Source: the human T2T-CHM13v2.0 reference genome, Homo sapiens
Direction: 5' to 3' (one strand)
Assembly: GCF_009914755.1 (NCBI RefSeq)
Contig: NC_060935.1
Length of the DNA stretch: 64,000 bases
Positions 18,306 to 31,310 of the stretch are shown piece by piece. Below the pieces are notes generated by a model. That model was not told where the DNA came from and did no database searches. It worked only from the letters and a program-made list of their open reading frames with translations. The position numbers and the translations under genes were made by a program. The number at the start of each line of letters is the position of its first letter. Position 1 is the stretch's first letter.

Positions 18306-18529
18306 CACAGGAAGAACAGTCATTTTTTCATTTCAATTGCAATGGCTGTTTGGCTGGATTTGATTTGCCCTTTAGGAGAATTTAGGTCCTGAATGAAAAG
18401 TAGATTAATGAGACATTAAAGTGAGATGAAAACAGTCTAATTAGAAAATTATTTTAGAATCAAAATAGAAATCCAGAGAGCCTGAATTATAGCACCAGCA
18501 ATGGTGTTAGAAAAAAGGAAGGATAGAAC

Positions 18530-20110
18530 ACCAAATCCTAATCCCATTCTTCACAGAATTAGAAAAAAACTACTTTAAAATTCAAAGGAAGCCAAAAAAG
18601 AGCCTATATAGCCAAGACAATACTAAGCAAAAAGAACAAAGCTGGAAGCATCATGCTACCTGACTTCAAACTATACTACAAGTCTACAGTAACTAAAACA
18701 GCATGGTATTGGTACAGGGACAGAGACATAGACCAATGAAACAGAATAGAGAACTCAGAAACAAGACCACACATCTATAACCATCTGGTCTTTGACAAAT
18801 CTGACAAAAACAAACAATGGGGAATAAATTCCCTATTAAATAAATGGTGCTGGGAGAACTGGCTAGCCACATGCAGAAAACTGAATCTGGACCCCTTCCT
18901 CACACCTTTTGCAAAAATTAACTCAAGATGGATTAAAGACTTAAACATAACAACCAAAACTATAAAAACATAGAAGAAAATCTAGGCAATACAATTTAGG
19001 ACATAGGAACAGGTAAAGATTTCATGATTAAAACACCAAAAGCAATTGCAATGAAAGCAAAAATTGACAATTGGGATATAATGAAACCCAAGAGCTTCTG
19101 CACAGCAAGAGAAACTATCAACAGAGTGAACAGACACCTTATAGAATGACAGAAAATTTTTGTAATCTATCCATCTAACAAAGGTCTAATATCTGGAATC
19201 TACATGGAACTTAAACAAATTTACAAGAAAAAAACAAGCCCATTAAAAAGTAGCAAAGGACATGAACAGACACTTCTCAAAAGAAGACATTTATGCAACC
19301 AACAGGCATATGAAAAAAAGCTCAACATCACTGATAATTAGAGACATGCAAATCAAAACCACAATGAGATACTATCTCATGCCAGTCAGAATGGCAATTA
19401 TTTAAAAGTAAGGAAACAACTGATGCTGGTGAGGCTGTGAAGAAATAGGAATGCTTTTACACTGTTGTTGGGAATGTAAATTAGTTCAACCATTGTGGAA
19501 GACAGTGTGGGAATTGCTCAAAGATCTAGAAGCAGAAATACCATTTGACCCAGCAATCCCATTACTGGGTATATACCAAAAGGAATATAAATTATTCTAT
19601 TATAAAGATACATGCACACATGTGTTTATTGCAGCACTATTCACGATAGTAAAGACATGGAATCAACCCAAATGCCCATCAATGATAGACTGGATACAGA
19701 AAATGTGGTACATATACACCATGGAATACCATGCAGCCATAAAAAGAAATGAGATAATGTCCTTTGCAGGGACATGGATAAAGCTGGAAGCCACTAGCCT
19801 CAGCAAACTAATGCAGGAACAGAAAACCAACACCACATGTTCTCACTTATAAGTGGGAAAAAAACACATGAACAATGCGAACACATATACACAAGGAGGG
19901 GGAACAACACACATTACATTGATGCCTGACAGAGGAGGGTGGGAGGAAGGAGTCCATCAGGAAAAAAAAATGCATTCTGGGCTTAATACATAGGTGATGG
20001 GTTGACAGATGCAACAAACCACCATGGCACATGTTTACTATGTAACGATCCTATATATCCTGCACATGTATCCCGGAGCTTAAAATAAAATTAAAATAAA
20101 ATAAAATAAA
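18530..20110 (+). mobile_element. 5'-truncated L1PA10-12-like LINE-1
   Basis: ORF2 C-terminus (19451-19852, [14 protein letters not shown]); 3'UTR GGGCTTAATACATAGGTGATGGG; (TAAAA)n tail. Confidence 0.88.
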
Positions 20111-21517
20111 GGGGGAAAAAAGAGTAGAAGGAAGGAATATCATTAAATTTGAGGATAATAGAACTTGTCATACATAGTGACTGACTGGGTTTAGGATTAT
20201 GATGGGAGATAGGGGAGTTGAAATAACTTTCAGGGGCATAATTGTGTGGTTCATCTAACATTATAAAATTCTTCAATAAAATTCTTGAACTTTAGTGGGA
20301 AGGAATATTTTCCTGAGGAGCTAGTTAAAAATTATTTTATGAACTCCACTCACCTCCAGAAATTCTAAAGGATTCTGGCTCAGGTTGAGAAATATTGCCC
20401 TCTGGAGTTTAAAGTGGTATTTATAGGCAATTTTCAAATCCAATGTTACAAATATTTCCTGAATGTGAATTGTGATTTCAGCATTGCATACGTAATTCTG
20501 GCTCTGATTACTGCCAGCATTTTTTTTCAAATACATACGTAGATTTTTTTAATCTTGCCAAGAAAATGGGTAAATAATGAAGCTCTTAGATAATTACAAA
20601 ATACAAAACACATTGAAATGTCAAAGAGAGTGTCTATAAATAATGAAATTCACTACTGTCCCTAGCTCAAATGATAATGGTTTTTTCTAAACACATTTTC
20701 CTGGCCTATAGTTACTGGGCACAATAAAAGGTGTGAAAACATTTTGGCATCCTTAACACCATTTATAAACTATTTCTTTCTAAGAAAATAATACAAATTG
20801 TCTGAATATCTAAGTATTTATTCGACTTTCTGTTGTGTTTTTGTGTACTTTCCAAAATATGTAAGTCAGCCAGGTAGAAACAAACCTCTACCTAGATTAA
20901 AACGAAAATTTTAGTTGGTCAGTATCTGCTGTTTCTGAATGCCACATCATCCAGTTGTTACTCTTTAATTATTATATAAGAATATAACACTAACATTATT
21001 TAAAGATTTTATTTTTAGGTATAGCAGTATAGTGTAGTCTAGTATTAGAGATGTGCAAATCATGTTTAAAGTTAACAGAAAATTACACATGTAAGAAAAA
21101 TAACTAATCCATAGTTTTGTTTGTTTGTCTGTTTGTTTTTTTCCTGAAACACTCTGTGAGTGCTGATGGAACTCTGGTGTCAAATATCTTCTAGAATACA
21201 AAGAACATTCCATCATCATGATGCACTGTTATGGCTCCCTCTATGGGCAACCCAGCTCTTCTAATTTAAAAGTTGCTGCATTTGTGATGATTTTCATCTT
21301 GACTGGGGATGGTAAGTTCAGAAAAAAAAAAAAAAAAAAAAGATAAATGTTAAAAGACAGAAGCCTCTCTCAGATACAATTTAAATAGACTGGAAGTCTC
21401 ATGAAGCTCTGAACTATACAGGTCATTGCCATTAAAGAGGTAGTATAGAGTTTCTAAGTGACTCAGAAAATTCCCTTTGCTCAACTACTAGGCAAGGGAA
21501 CTGACCCTAGAGAGGAC

Positions 21518-21760
21518 TGTTAGGGGCTGAATGGTATCCCTACAAAATTCATATATTGGAGTCCTAAATCCAGTTCCTCAAAATGTCACTGTATTTGGAG
21601 ATAAGACCTTTAAAGAGCTAATCATATCAACGTGAGGTTACTGGAGTGGGTGCTAATCCAATTATGACTGGCATTCTTATAAGAAGACTAGATGAGGACA
21701 CAGACTTTCATAGATGAAAGACTGTGCTTTGACACAGAGAGAAGGTAGCCATCTGCAACT
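21518..21760 (+). mobile_element. MLT1B-like MaLR LTR, 5' part
   Basis: TGTTAGGGGCTGAAT...CAAAATTCATAT...GTATTTGGAGATAAGACCTTTAAAGAG...CTTATAAGAAGA. Confidence 0.75.
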
Positions 21761-22159
21761 AACACATTGACATAACCTCTAGGCTTCATAGTTGTCATTT
21801 AAACAGGTAGAGTATGTTTCCAAGGAAGCATTGACTTTGTAGTTCCCTTTTGAATTACTGGAAATTTGATGTGATTTATCTAATTAAGATTATATGTCAG
21901 TGCCCTTAAAGCCTTTTTTTGGCCAATTCTGTCTAGGCAGTGAGTCAAGGATGCTTATTGCTTGACATGCTAAAACAGAAAGGTCATCCTTCCATTTTTT
22001 TATTGTAATTAGTACACTTACAATGTCTTTCATGTCCAGGGAATAATCCTGTATATTTTGAAAACCAAATCAGTTCTGGAATTTAAGAGCTATTATTGCA
22101 CTGTACTTTCATCAAAAAGCAAGTATCCAAGAAAATCAACCTCATTTTTTTTTTGTACT

Positions 22160-22950
22160 GGAGAATATATCCTCGAGATATGACCAGAGTCTTTGAATCC
22201 CAAATTGAAAGGCTTGATGTGACAAAGGAATTTTTTTTCAATATGAGCTATGAATTCATTTGGATTGAAATTTTACAAATAGATAAATACAAAATCAATT
22301 TTGGTTTATCAAATGAATTACCATTACTGAAAAGAAAAAAATCCTAGAAAATTGGAATTATGGGGAAATCTCAAGACATACATTGGCTGAAACTTTAGAG
22401 AGAAGTTTAATAGCTTAGATTTACAGAGAGAATTTTAAATAAGAAAAGAAAAATTGCTTCAGAAGAATACAGAAATCTCTCCTTCTACCTTATGACTGAC
22501 TCAGGTTTCCCAGGCATGTCAGCTCCAGGCAAGGATGCAGGTTTTGATGAATGAAAAAGCCCAGTTGAGATGACATAAGAAAATTTATAAATGATTTCCC
22601 ACACACAAAAAAGTCTGTAATAGATTCTCAAATTGGGAATAAGAAGCCATAGGGAGTTTTTCAGAAGGATTAAGAGAAAGCCACCTTTTAGATAGCTCTG
22701 CCCAGTCCTTGGTGAATCATATTGATTATTATACACAGAATCCAGAGGACAGAGAAATCTCCCAGCAAAGGTAGTCTAGGTAAAAGACCTTGAATCCATT
22801 CCTCATGAAAAAGAGAAAGAAAAAAGGATCTGGCATTTTGCAATACCCACTCAGCAGCCATTTACCTGATACCTGGTTATTTTAAAATAACTTTGAGTTT
22901 GTGTGGTTTTACTAATAGTCTTCAACAGTATCCTAAAATGGAAACATAGC
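22160..22950 (+). mobile_element. Possible decayed Ty3/Gypsy-type gag relic
   Basis: Frameshifted peptide motifs in Gag-like order (see findings); no database support. Confidence 0.3.
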
Positions 22951-24029
22951 AGCCCAGAACAGAGTCAACATTATGTAAGAACCCATGGCCTATTCATATA
23001 GAAGAGAATTAGAGAGACAAGTATAAAGCAAAGAAAATAAAATTTGGGAGGAGGGCACAACAGAAATCACTTCCTGAGGCTTGCACGGGGCTTTACTAGC
23101 ATCCAGATAATAAGAACATGAAAGTCTTCCAGATCCCTTCTATAAAGTTTTTTTCAGTAGTCAACTGTATCATTGTTAATGTTTTACATGTAATCTCATG
23201 CCAAACTAGCAATTAGTAAATTTTATAAATCTATTTGTTGTGAATATAAATTTCAAAAGTTAGAAACTTCTCTAGGTATTATTAGATGTATATATTCAGG
23301 TCAAGTTTACATGTATATCAAGAATCTGGTTCCTACAGTTGCTAACTTGGATTACTAGGTTTTCTTCAAGAACACTTTGTTAAACTGTTCATGTGTGCTA
23401 TTTTTCACAAGTTAAGTACTCAGAAAACAAAACATAAAGGTGGTGGCTATTGGCCTTTGGTCTACAGTCAAGAAAAGTGTCAAAGGAGCAACAAGTAATT
23501 TTACATTGTACTTGGTAACAATTTCTAATGAGCTTGGGAAAATTAGGGATGGAAATATAAGGAAGTAACAAATTAAGTGGAAATTACCAAGTTTATAGAA
23601 TGAAGAGTAGGTGTTAGAACACAAGAGAAAGTTAAAGTATGTTTAAGGAAGAAGCAGATCTCAAAATGCAGAGTTGAAAGCCGTCGTGTATCTAAGCCAT
23701 AGATAGTACACAGAACTCTGAGTTGTAAAAGTAAACAGCGGCATGTTTGAACAGAGCCAAAGGCTGAGGTTATATTATTTGGAAAATTCAATAATATGCT
23801 GAATGGGGAGTCTTGAAGGGTACAAAGTGGGGGAGGATTAGCAACTAATTTGTAGGTTGGCAAGACTATTTGAGCCAAAAGAGCAAGATAAATGAAAATC
23901 TGTTCAGAAGTATAGTCAAATCAGCAACCACAGTACCAGTTTCAATATTCATCTTAAAATACATTTCTTTTTGCATCCTCAGCTCTTTAAGTGTGGGTAA
24001 TGATGTTATTTTTATTATTACAATCACTT

Positions 24030-24185
24030 CTATTTTTAACATCATTGAAGTATAATTTACACAATAAATGCATCCATTTTACATATACCATTTGATGAAT
24101 TTTGACAAATATGTACATCTATGTACACTTTACCCATTTTTTATGAACCATATTTCCATCACTCATAAAATTATCTCATGCTCCT
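24030..24185 (-). mobile_element. L1ME/MC 3' fragment
   Basis: TTGAAGTATAATTTACACAATAAATGCA...TTTGATGAATTTTGACAAAT. Confidence 0.6.
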
Positions 24186-24784
24186 TAGCAGGCATTTGGC
24201 AGAGCTATGTATTCCCTTTGGGAAATAGCTTTACAAGCTTTAAATAATGCCATATACAAGAGAAAATATTTTAATTTAAATGAAATAAAATTAGTCTTTT
24301 TTACTTCTTTTACATTTTATAATATTTGTACCTGGTCAAAAATATAATAAAACACCTTCTGTATTTTCTTCTGGAAAGTTTATAATTATAATTTTTATAT
24401 TTTGTTCTGGCCCATTTATGGATATTTATATCTGGAAAGGTAATATGGGACATGATGATAAAATATTTTAAATGCAAATTCAAAAATAATTTCTATACAT
24501 TTTGTAATTTAATGTTAATTGATCTAGTTAAAGAATGTAGAGTCATTGAAAATAGCTACATTTAACTCTATTTTTAAAAAACTAATCTGACAGGTCTCTT
24601 TATACTTTTTTTTTTTTTTTACTGTTGCGTTGTAGGAGTTTCTTTGAAAGTTATCACCTTATCAGATGTTTGCAATTTACTCTTATTCCATAGGTTATCT
24701 TTTCACTGTTGATTGTTTTTCTTGCTAAAGAGAGCTGCTATTGTTGTTATTGTCAAGTTATTTATTTTACTCTTTAAAGCTTCA

Positions 24785-26645
24785 TTATTTTCAATTATTA
24801 CAGTCCTCTAATAGCTGTATATATTTATAGGTATGTGTGATGCTTTAGTATGTAATCACACCAGGGTAACTGGAGTATCCATTACCTCAAGCATTTGTCA
24901 TTTATGTTAGAAAAATTCCAATTCCACTCTTTAAGTTATTTTAAAATATACAATAAATTATTATTGAATATAGTCACCATATTGTATTATCAAATACTAG
25001 ATTTTATCATTTCCATCTAATTATATTTTTACACTTATTAACCATTCCCAATTTTACTTTCTTTCCATGACCCTTCCCAGCCTATGGTAACCATCATTCT
25101 ACTCTCCATCTGAGTTCAATAATTTTAATTTTTAGGTCCCACATATGCTTTCAGCATGTGAAATTTGTCTTTCTGTGTCTCGCTTATTTCACTTAACGTA
25201 ATGTCCTCGAGTTCCATTCATGTTATTTGCAAATGACAGAATTTCATTCTTTTTATGTTTGAATAATATTCCATTGTGTATATGTACTACCTTTTCTTTA
25301 TTCATTCATCTGTTGATGGACATTTAGGTTGATCCCAAATCTTGGTTATTGTGAATAGTGATGCAATAAATATGGCAGTGCTGCTGTCTCCTCAGTATAC
25401 TCAGTATGTATATATACAGTATAATTTTCTTTATTTTTAATACATACTTACCAGTAAAATTGCTAGATTATTCATGAATTGCAAGAGCCAATATTGTTTA
25501 AATGTCTATATTACCAAAAGTAATCTACAGATTAAATGCAATTCCTGTCAAAATACCAATGACAGTTTTCATGGGAATAGAAATAATAATCCTAAAATTT
25601 TGTGGAACCACAAAAAATAGAAGAATAGCTAAAATCATCCCGAGTGGGGGAAAACTGAAGGAATCACATTCTCTTACTTCAAATTATACTACGGAGCATT
25701 AATAACCAAAGCAACATGGAACTGTCATAAAAACAGTTTCATATACCAATGGAACTAAATGTAGAATTCAGAAATAAATCCACACACTTATAGGAAACTC
25801 ATTTTTAACAAAGGTGCTAAAAACATGCACTGGGGAATGGATGGCATCTTCAGTAAATGGTGCTGGGGAAACTGAACACATCTAGGCCCCTATCTCTCAT
25901 CATATACAGAAATCAGATCAAATGGATAAAATTCAAGACCTCAAACTGTGAAATTACTAAAAGAAAACATTGGGGAAACTCTTCAGGACGTTGGTCTAGG
26001 CAAAGATATCTTCAGTAATATCTCAAAAGCACAGGCAACCAAAGCAACCAAATGATCAAATGGAATCACATCAAACTAAAAATCTTCTGCATGGCAAAGG
26101 AAACAGTCAATAAAATTAAAAGAAAACCCACAGAATGGGAGAAAATATTTGCAAATTACCCATCTGACAAGGGATTAAAAACCAGAATATATAAGGTGCT
26201 CAAATAACTCAATAGGAAAAAATTAAATCCGATTTTTAAAATGGGAAAAAAGATCTGAATAGACATTTCTCAAAAAACACATACAAATTGCCAACAGGTA
26301 TATGAACAAATTGTTCAACATCACTAGACATCAGAGAACTGTTAGAAAACAACTATGAGATATCCTCTCACCCTAATTAAAATGGCTTTTATCCAAAAGA
26401 CAGACAATAATGAATGCTGATAAGGACGTGGAGTCCAAAAGACAGACAATAATGAATGCTGGTAAGGATGTGGAAAAAGGGAAACCCTCTTACCCTGTTG
26501 GTGGGAATGTACAATAGTGCAGCCACTATGGATAACAGTATGGAGGTCCTTCAAAAATTAAAAATAGAACAAGCATATGATCCAGTAATCCCACTGCTAG
26601 GTATATATTCAAAAGAGAAGACATCAGCATATTAAACAGATTTCT
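24785..26645 (-). mobile_element. 5'-inverted L1MA2-4-like element
   Basis: Antisense 3'UTR/ORF2 end at 24785-25469 abuts a sense ORF2 segment at 25470-26645 ([15 protein letters not shown]...). Confidence 0.75.
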
Positions 26646-26668
26646 GCAGAACTTTAAAATTAAGCGTG

Positions 26669-26672
<4 letters not shown>

Positions 26673-26711
<39 letters not shown>
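26673..26711. repeat. (CA)n microsatellite
   Basis: Direct reading. Confidence 0.95.
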
Positions 26712-26713
<2 letters not shown>

Positions 26714-27209
26714 TTCTACTTGTCTATGTTTGCTTTTACGTTCGCTATGTTATATGGTGTCATAGCCAAGATATTATTGTAAATAGACTGTGATAAAGAT
26801 TTTCCCCTATGTGTTTTTCCAGAATTTTACAGTTTAAGGTTTTACATTTAAGTCTTCAGTACATTTTGACTCTAGTTTTGTGTTTTGTGTAAGATAAGGC
26901 CCACTTTTATCTGTTCACATGTGATCTTCAGGTTTTTCCAGCATCATTTGTTAGACTATTCTTACCTCCATGGTGATTCTTGGCGCCATTGTCAAAGGCC
27001 AGCTGACTGTATATGTGTAAGTTTATTTCTGGGCTTTATTCTACTCATTAGTCTATATGCCTGTTCTTATGTCTCTGATAAACTATTTTAATTATTGTAG
27101 CTTTGTGGTATGTTAGAAAATCAGAAAGCATGACGCAGATTTGTTCTTTTTTTCTCAAGATCGATTTAGCTACTAGGGGTATTCATAAGAGTTTTACGTG
27201 ATTTTTTCC

Positions 27210-27508
27210 TTTTTTTTTTTTTTTTTTGAGACGGAGTCTCGCTCTGTCGCCCAGGCTGGAGTGCAGTGGCGCGATCTCGGCTTAATGCAAGCTGCGCCTC
27301 CCGGGTTCACGCCATTCTCCTGCTTCAGCCTCCAGAGTAGCTGAGACTACAGGTGCCCACCACTATGCACGGCTAATTTTTTTGTATTTTAGTAGAGACG
27401 GGGTTTCACCGTGTTAGCCAGGATGGTCTCGATCTCCTGACCTCATGATCCGCCCGCCTCGGCCTCCCAAAGTGCTGAGATTACAGGCGTGAGCCACCGC
27501 TCCCGACC
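27210..27508 (-). mobile_element. AluY, full length
   Basis: CpG-rich; CCGGGTTCACGCCATTCTCC and ACCGTGTTAGCCAGGATGGTCTCGATCTCC. Confidence 0.95.
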
Positions 27509-28339
27509 CTACTTTTTCCATTTCTAAAAAAAATGGATTTCTACAGAGATTGCATTGAATTTGTAGATCATTTTGGGTGATATGAACATTTTAATGGGAG
27601 TAAAGTTGAAGGTGAGGAAACCATTTAAGAAGTTAGCTATTGGGGGTCTTCATTTAGCTACTAGGGGTCTTCATATGGTTCTATATGAGTTTTATGTTGT
27701 TTTTTTCTATTTCTGCAAAACATTATATAGGGATTGCATTGAATTTATAGATCACATTGGGTGGTATAAACATTTTAGTGGGAGTAAAGCTGAAGGTGAG
27801 ACAACAACTTAAGAAGTTCCTTCCACAGTCCATGGCAGTGAGTAACCAATGACACAACTTTTGCCTTGGGTATTTAAACAAAGAGGGAATGATCTATAGA
27901 TGCCTGATTTTTCTTTATATGATACAATAAAAGAACAAGAAAGGATAATGTCCTTGTGTACCGATGCTAAGCTTCCGTCCTAAGAGTTATAGTTGTAGTA
28001 GGTAAGCTAATTGACCAGGTGGCCGGCAGTAAAGGAAGAACTAATGCAAAAGTGAGTTAAACAATCAGGGGCCAGTGTCAAAACCACAGAGGGAAAATTT
28101 CTTTAGATCTGAGGAACAAGTGAAATGTTGAAGGATGACGAATTAAAGCGAATTAGTATGGAACAAGGTAGGAATAATAGTTGAGGTATAAAGGGATCAG
28201 TTGGTCCAAATTTCATTCCTGAAGGGACCTTGAATACTAGGCACAATAGGCATTGGGTTCTTATGTGCATGTTGTAGTCCGAGTTGAAGGTAGAGTTTTA
28301 GGTATAATCACTATAAACAGTATGACAAATTATCACCAA

Positions 28340-28738
28340 GATTAAAAATAGAACTTCCATATTATCTAGCACTCCCACTTCTGGTTATGTATCTAAAAGA
28401 AATAAAATCATTACCTCGAAAAGATAATTTCACTCATATTTATTGTACTTTTCACAATAGCCAAGATATGGAAACAACCTAAGTGGCATTCAACAGATGA
28501 ATAGATAAAGAAAACAGAGTAAATACATATGACAGAATATCATCTATCTTTCAAAAAGAAGGAAATTATGGCATTTGTGACAATATAGATGAATCTGGAG
28601 GACATTAAGCTAAGTAAGACAAGCCAGATGCAGAAAGACAAATGCTGCATAATCTCACTTATATTTGAAATTTTAGAAAAAGACAAATTCATAACAGAGA
28701 GTAGAATAGTGATTGTCAGGGGCTGGAGGAGGGGGTGG
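28340..28738 (+). mobile_element. L1MA/MB ORF2-end and 3'UTR fragment
   Basis: CACAATAGCCAAGATATGGAAACAACCTAAGT...GAATCTGGAGGACATT...AGAGTAGAATAGTG. Confidence 0.75.
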
Positions 28739-29888
28739 TCATTTAATATCCTTTAACCATTAGCCTTAATAACCTATGAGTATTATCAAATTTCATGTTC
28801 GACTCTATTAAAAATAATGGTTATGAGACTGAGAAATAATTGGCTGGATGAGATAGGGACAATAGGAGAATTTAAAATATTGAGTTCTGTCAAATTTGAT
28901 GTGGCTTTGCCTTTTGTAGATTGAAAGCAAAATTCCACATTACACTCTCCAAACTTCCATATCAGCATTATACCCCTTCTATAGTCAATCTCACATTATT
29001 TCTCTGTTAAATAACTAAAATTGTTGCATTTATAAGCACTTAAGCTGGGATTCCAATCAAAAGAAAAAAAGTTAAAACAGAAATAAAACATTCTATGTGA
29101 AAGCCTGCAAGCTCAAAGACAACTAAGCTCCAAAGGGCAAGAAATAATTTGAAAATAGTTTGAGCCTCGGGAGACATTCTTTCCTTTACATACTAAAAAA
29201 TTAATCTAATTATGTTATAAATAACCAAACATGTAAACACAAGCAGTGATTATCTTAGGCCAATAATAAAGTGGTTTGGACAGACTGCATCATAATGAAA
29301 AAATATACCCATGGGCCTATTTTCCAAAGGTCCAAAATCTAAACTTGTGTTTTACACTTAGTGAGATTTCCATGCTGTGTAGAGTTTATTGCACTTATCT
29401 TTATCAAGTCTGCTAATTTTAGCCTGCTGATAATTTACACATGATTTTGCTGACAACTTGAAAATTCTGAATGTGTGTTAGATATGAAATTCTAATAATT
29501 GTTCCCTTTTGGTATAGCACTGGCTTCCACTGTGAATAAACTGCTATTTCTTACAGGTAGGTCAACAATGGGCTGAAAATGAGTTATTCCTAAATTGTTC
29601 CTACCAATTAAAATTAGATTGGTAATTTTTTGCACCATTATTAAGAATTTTTTTTTTTTAGCTATAGGAAAAGTAAGTGAAAAATAAGAAGGGTTGGTGA
29701 TAGCTTACGAACTTTGTGGTTTTGGGATGTATACTGTAACTGAGGGAAAATAAAGGTGATGGACACTATTTAAGTCAAACTTTTCAATGTGCTGACATTT
29801 GAAATATTTATATTTTGATTAGTGGTTATGTCACCCAGAAAAACAGTATAGCCTGAAAGTGGATTAAAAATAAACGGAGAAGACACTA

Positions 29889-30158
<270 letters not shown>

Positions 30159-31024
30159 TCAAAATTATGAACTATTAAACATGGAAATGGCAGCATTTTT
30201 TGTCTAGATGAAGAAGATCAGGTGTTGAAATTTTATTCTGTGAAATGTCCTTGCTTATTTTATAACATGAATATATTTCTTAACCACCTGATCCTCATAT
30301 CTAAGATGTAGAGTTTAATGTTTATCATAAAAATCTCATTCATTTGATACTTACAAAAGTAAATGAGGTGAACTATGAAAAACTGTTGTGGAAATCTAGA
30401 CAGTACTAAGCTCATAATAGCTTCTAAGAGCTCACATCAAGACTAGAGGAAAAGTGGTCATGGAAAAACTTTGTTTTTCTTCAGTTCCCTTAACATTATC
30501 TGAGTTGTCATCCTTTTGAAATCACAGAGGTGGGAAGTAGCATAGCAGAAAATAAAAACTACAGTAGAAGAAGAAAATTTGAGCCAGAGGTAATGAGGAG
30601 AAATATAATCACCTTCAAAACTTCCTAAAATATTGAGGGTAGGAAAGTAGGAATTGTGATGGGATGAGGATTTGGTTATACATTTAAGCCATTCTTTCTC
30701 TCTTAGGTTAAGGTAGTAACTACTTATATTAAGCACTCATTAGGCCAATCCTTGAATAATATATAATCTATTGTGCTGCCAAAGATTTAAGCAACTATTC
30801 AAATATGCCAGAGTGAAAATAGTGGCTTCAGTAAACAAACACCACTAGCTCATATAAAAGCATGTCTTATCTGACCATGATTCGTTGTTTTAAAGTAACT
30901 TCATATCTTATCCAGGGAGAAGGGATAGTGTTTGAATATATTTCACTTAGGAGAATCAACAGCTCTATGAAATTCTCAAACTACTCACAGGCTTATTAAT
31001 ATTGTTATTAGTCTACTTTAAGAA

Positions 31025-31112
31025 TAAGTATTGAGTGTATGCTAACATTAAGCATTATATGAATAACGTTTTATTTTAAGAATGCTTAATGTTAGCATGC
31101 ACTTAATATTTA
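31025..31112. repeat. Near-perfect inverted repeat (32-bp arms, 24-nt spacer)
   Basis: TAAGTATTGAGTGTATGCTAACATTAAGCATT / AATGCTTAATGTTAGCATGCACTTAATATTTA: 29 Watson-Crick and 3 G-T pairs. Confidence 0.95.
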
Positions 31113-31149
31113 GGAGTGTAGAAAAAGCTTTCTTCTACTTTCATCTTTT

Positions 31150-31310
31150 TCCCATGATAGGGTTTGCTATCCTCATTTTACATATGAGGAAATTCAGGCT
31201 CCTAATGGTGAGATGACTTGTCCAAGGCTATGCAAATAATGGCATAAAAGCAGGATTAACACCTGGGTGTTTTAACCTATATTATTCTACAAACATTGTT
31301 CACTCTTTTC
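31150..31310 (-). mobile_element. MIR fragment
   Basis: CCTCATTTTACATATGAGGAAATTCAGGCT...GACTTGTCCAAGG. Confidence 0.7.

Larger units (their letters stand above)
24590..27595 (-). mobile_element. Old L1M ORF2 remnant, split by L1MA, (CA)n and AluY
   Basis: Antisense ORF2-like sequence at 24590-24735 resumes at ~26645 and continues to ~27595. Confidence 0.6.

Noticed and set aside
21322-21341. A20 tract as the tail of a processed pseudogene
   Set aside because: No polyA signal at the expected distance and no TSD found.
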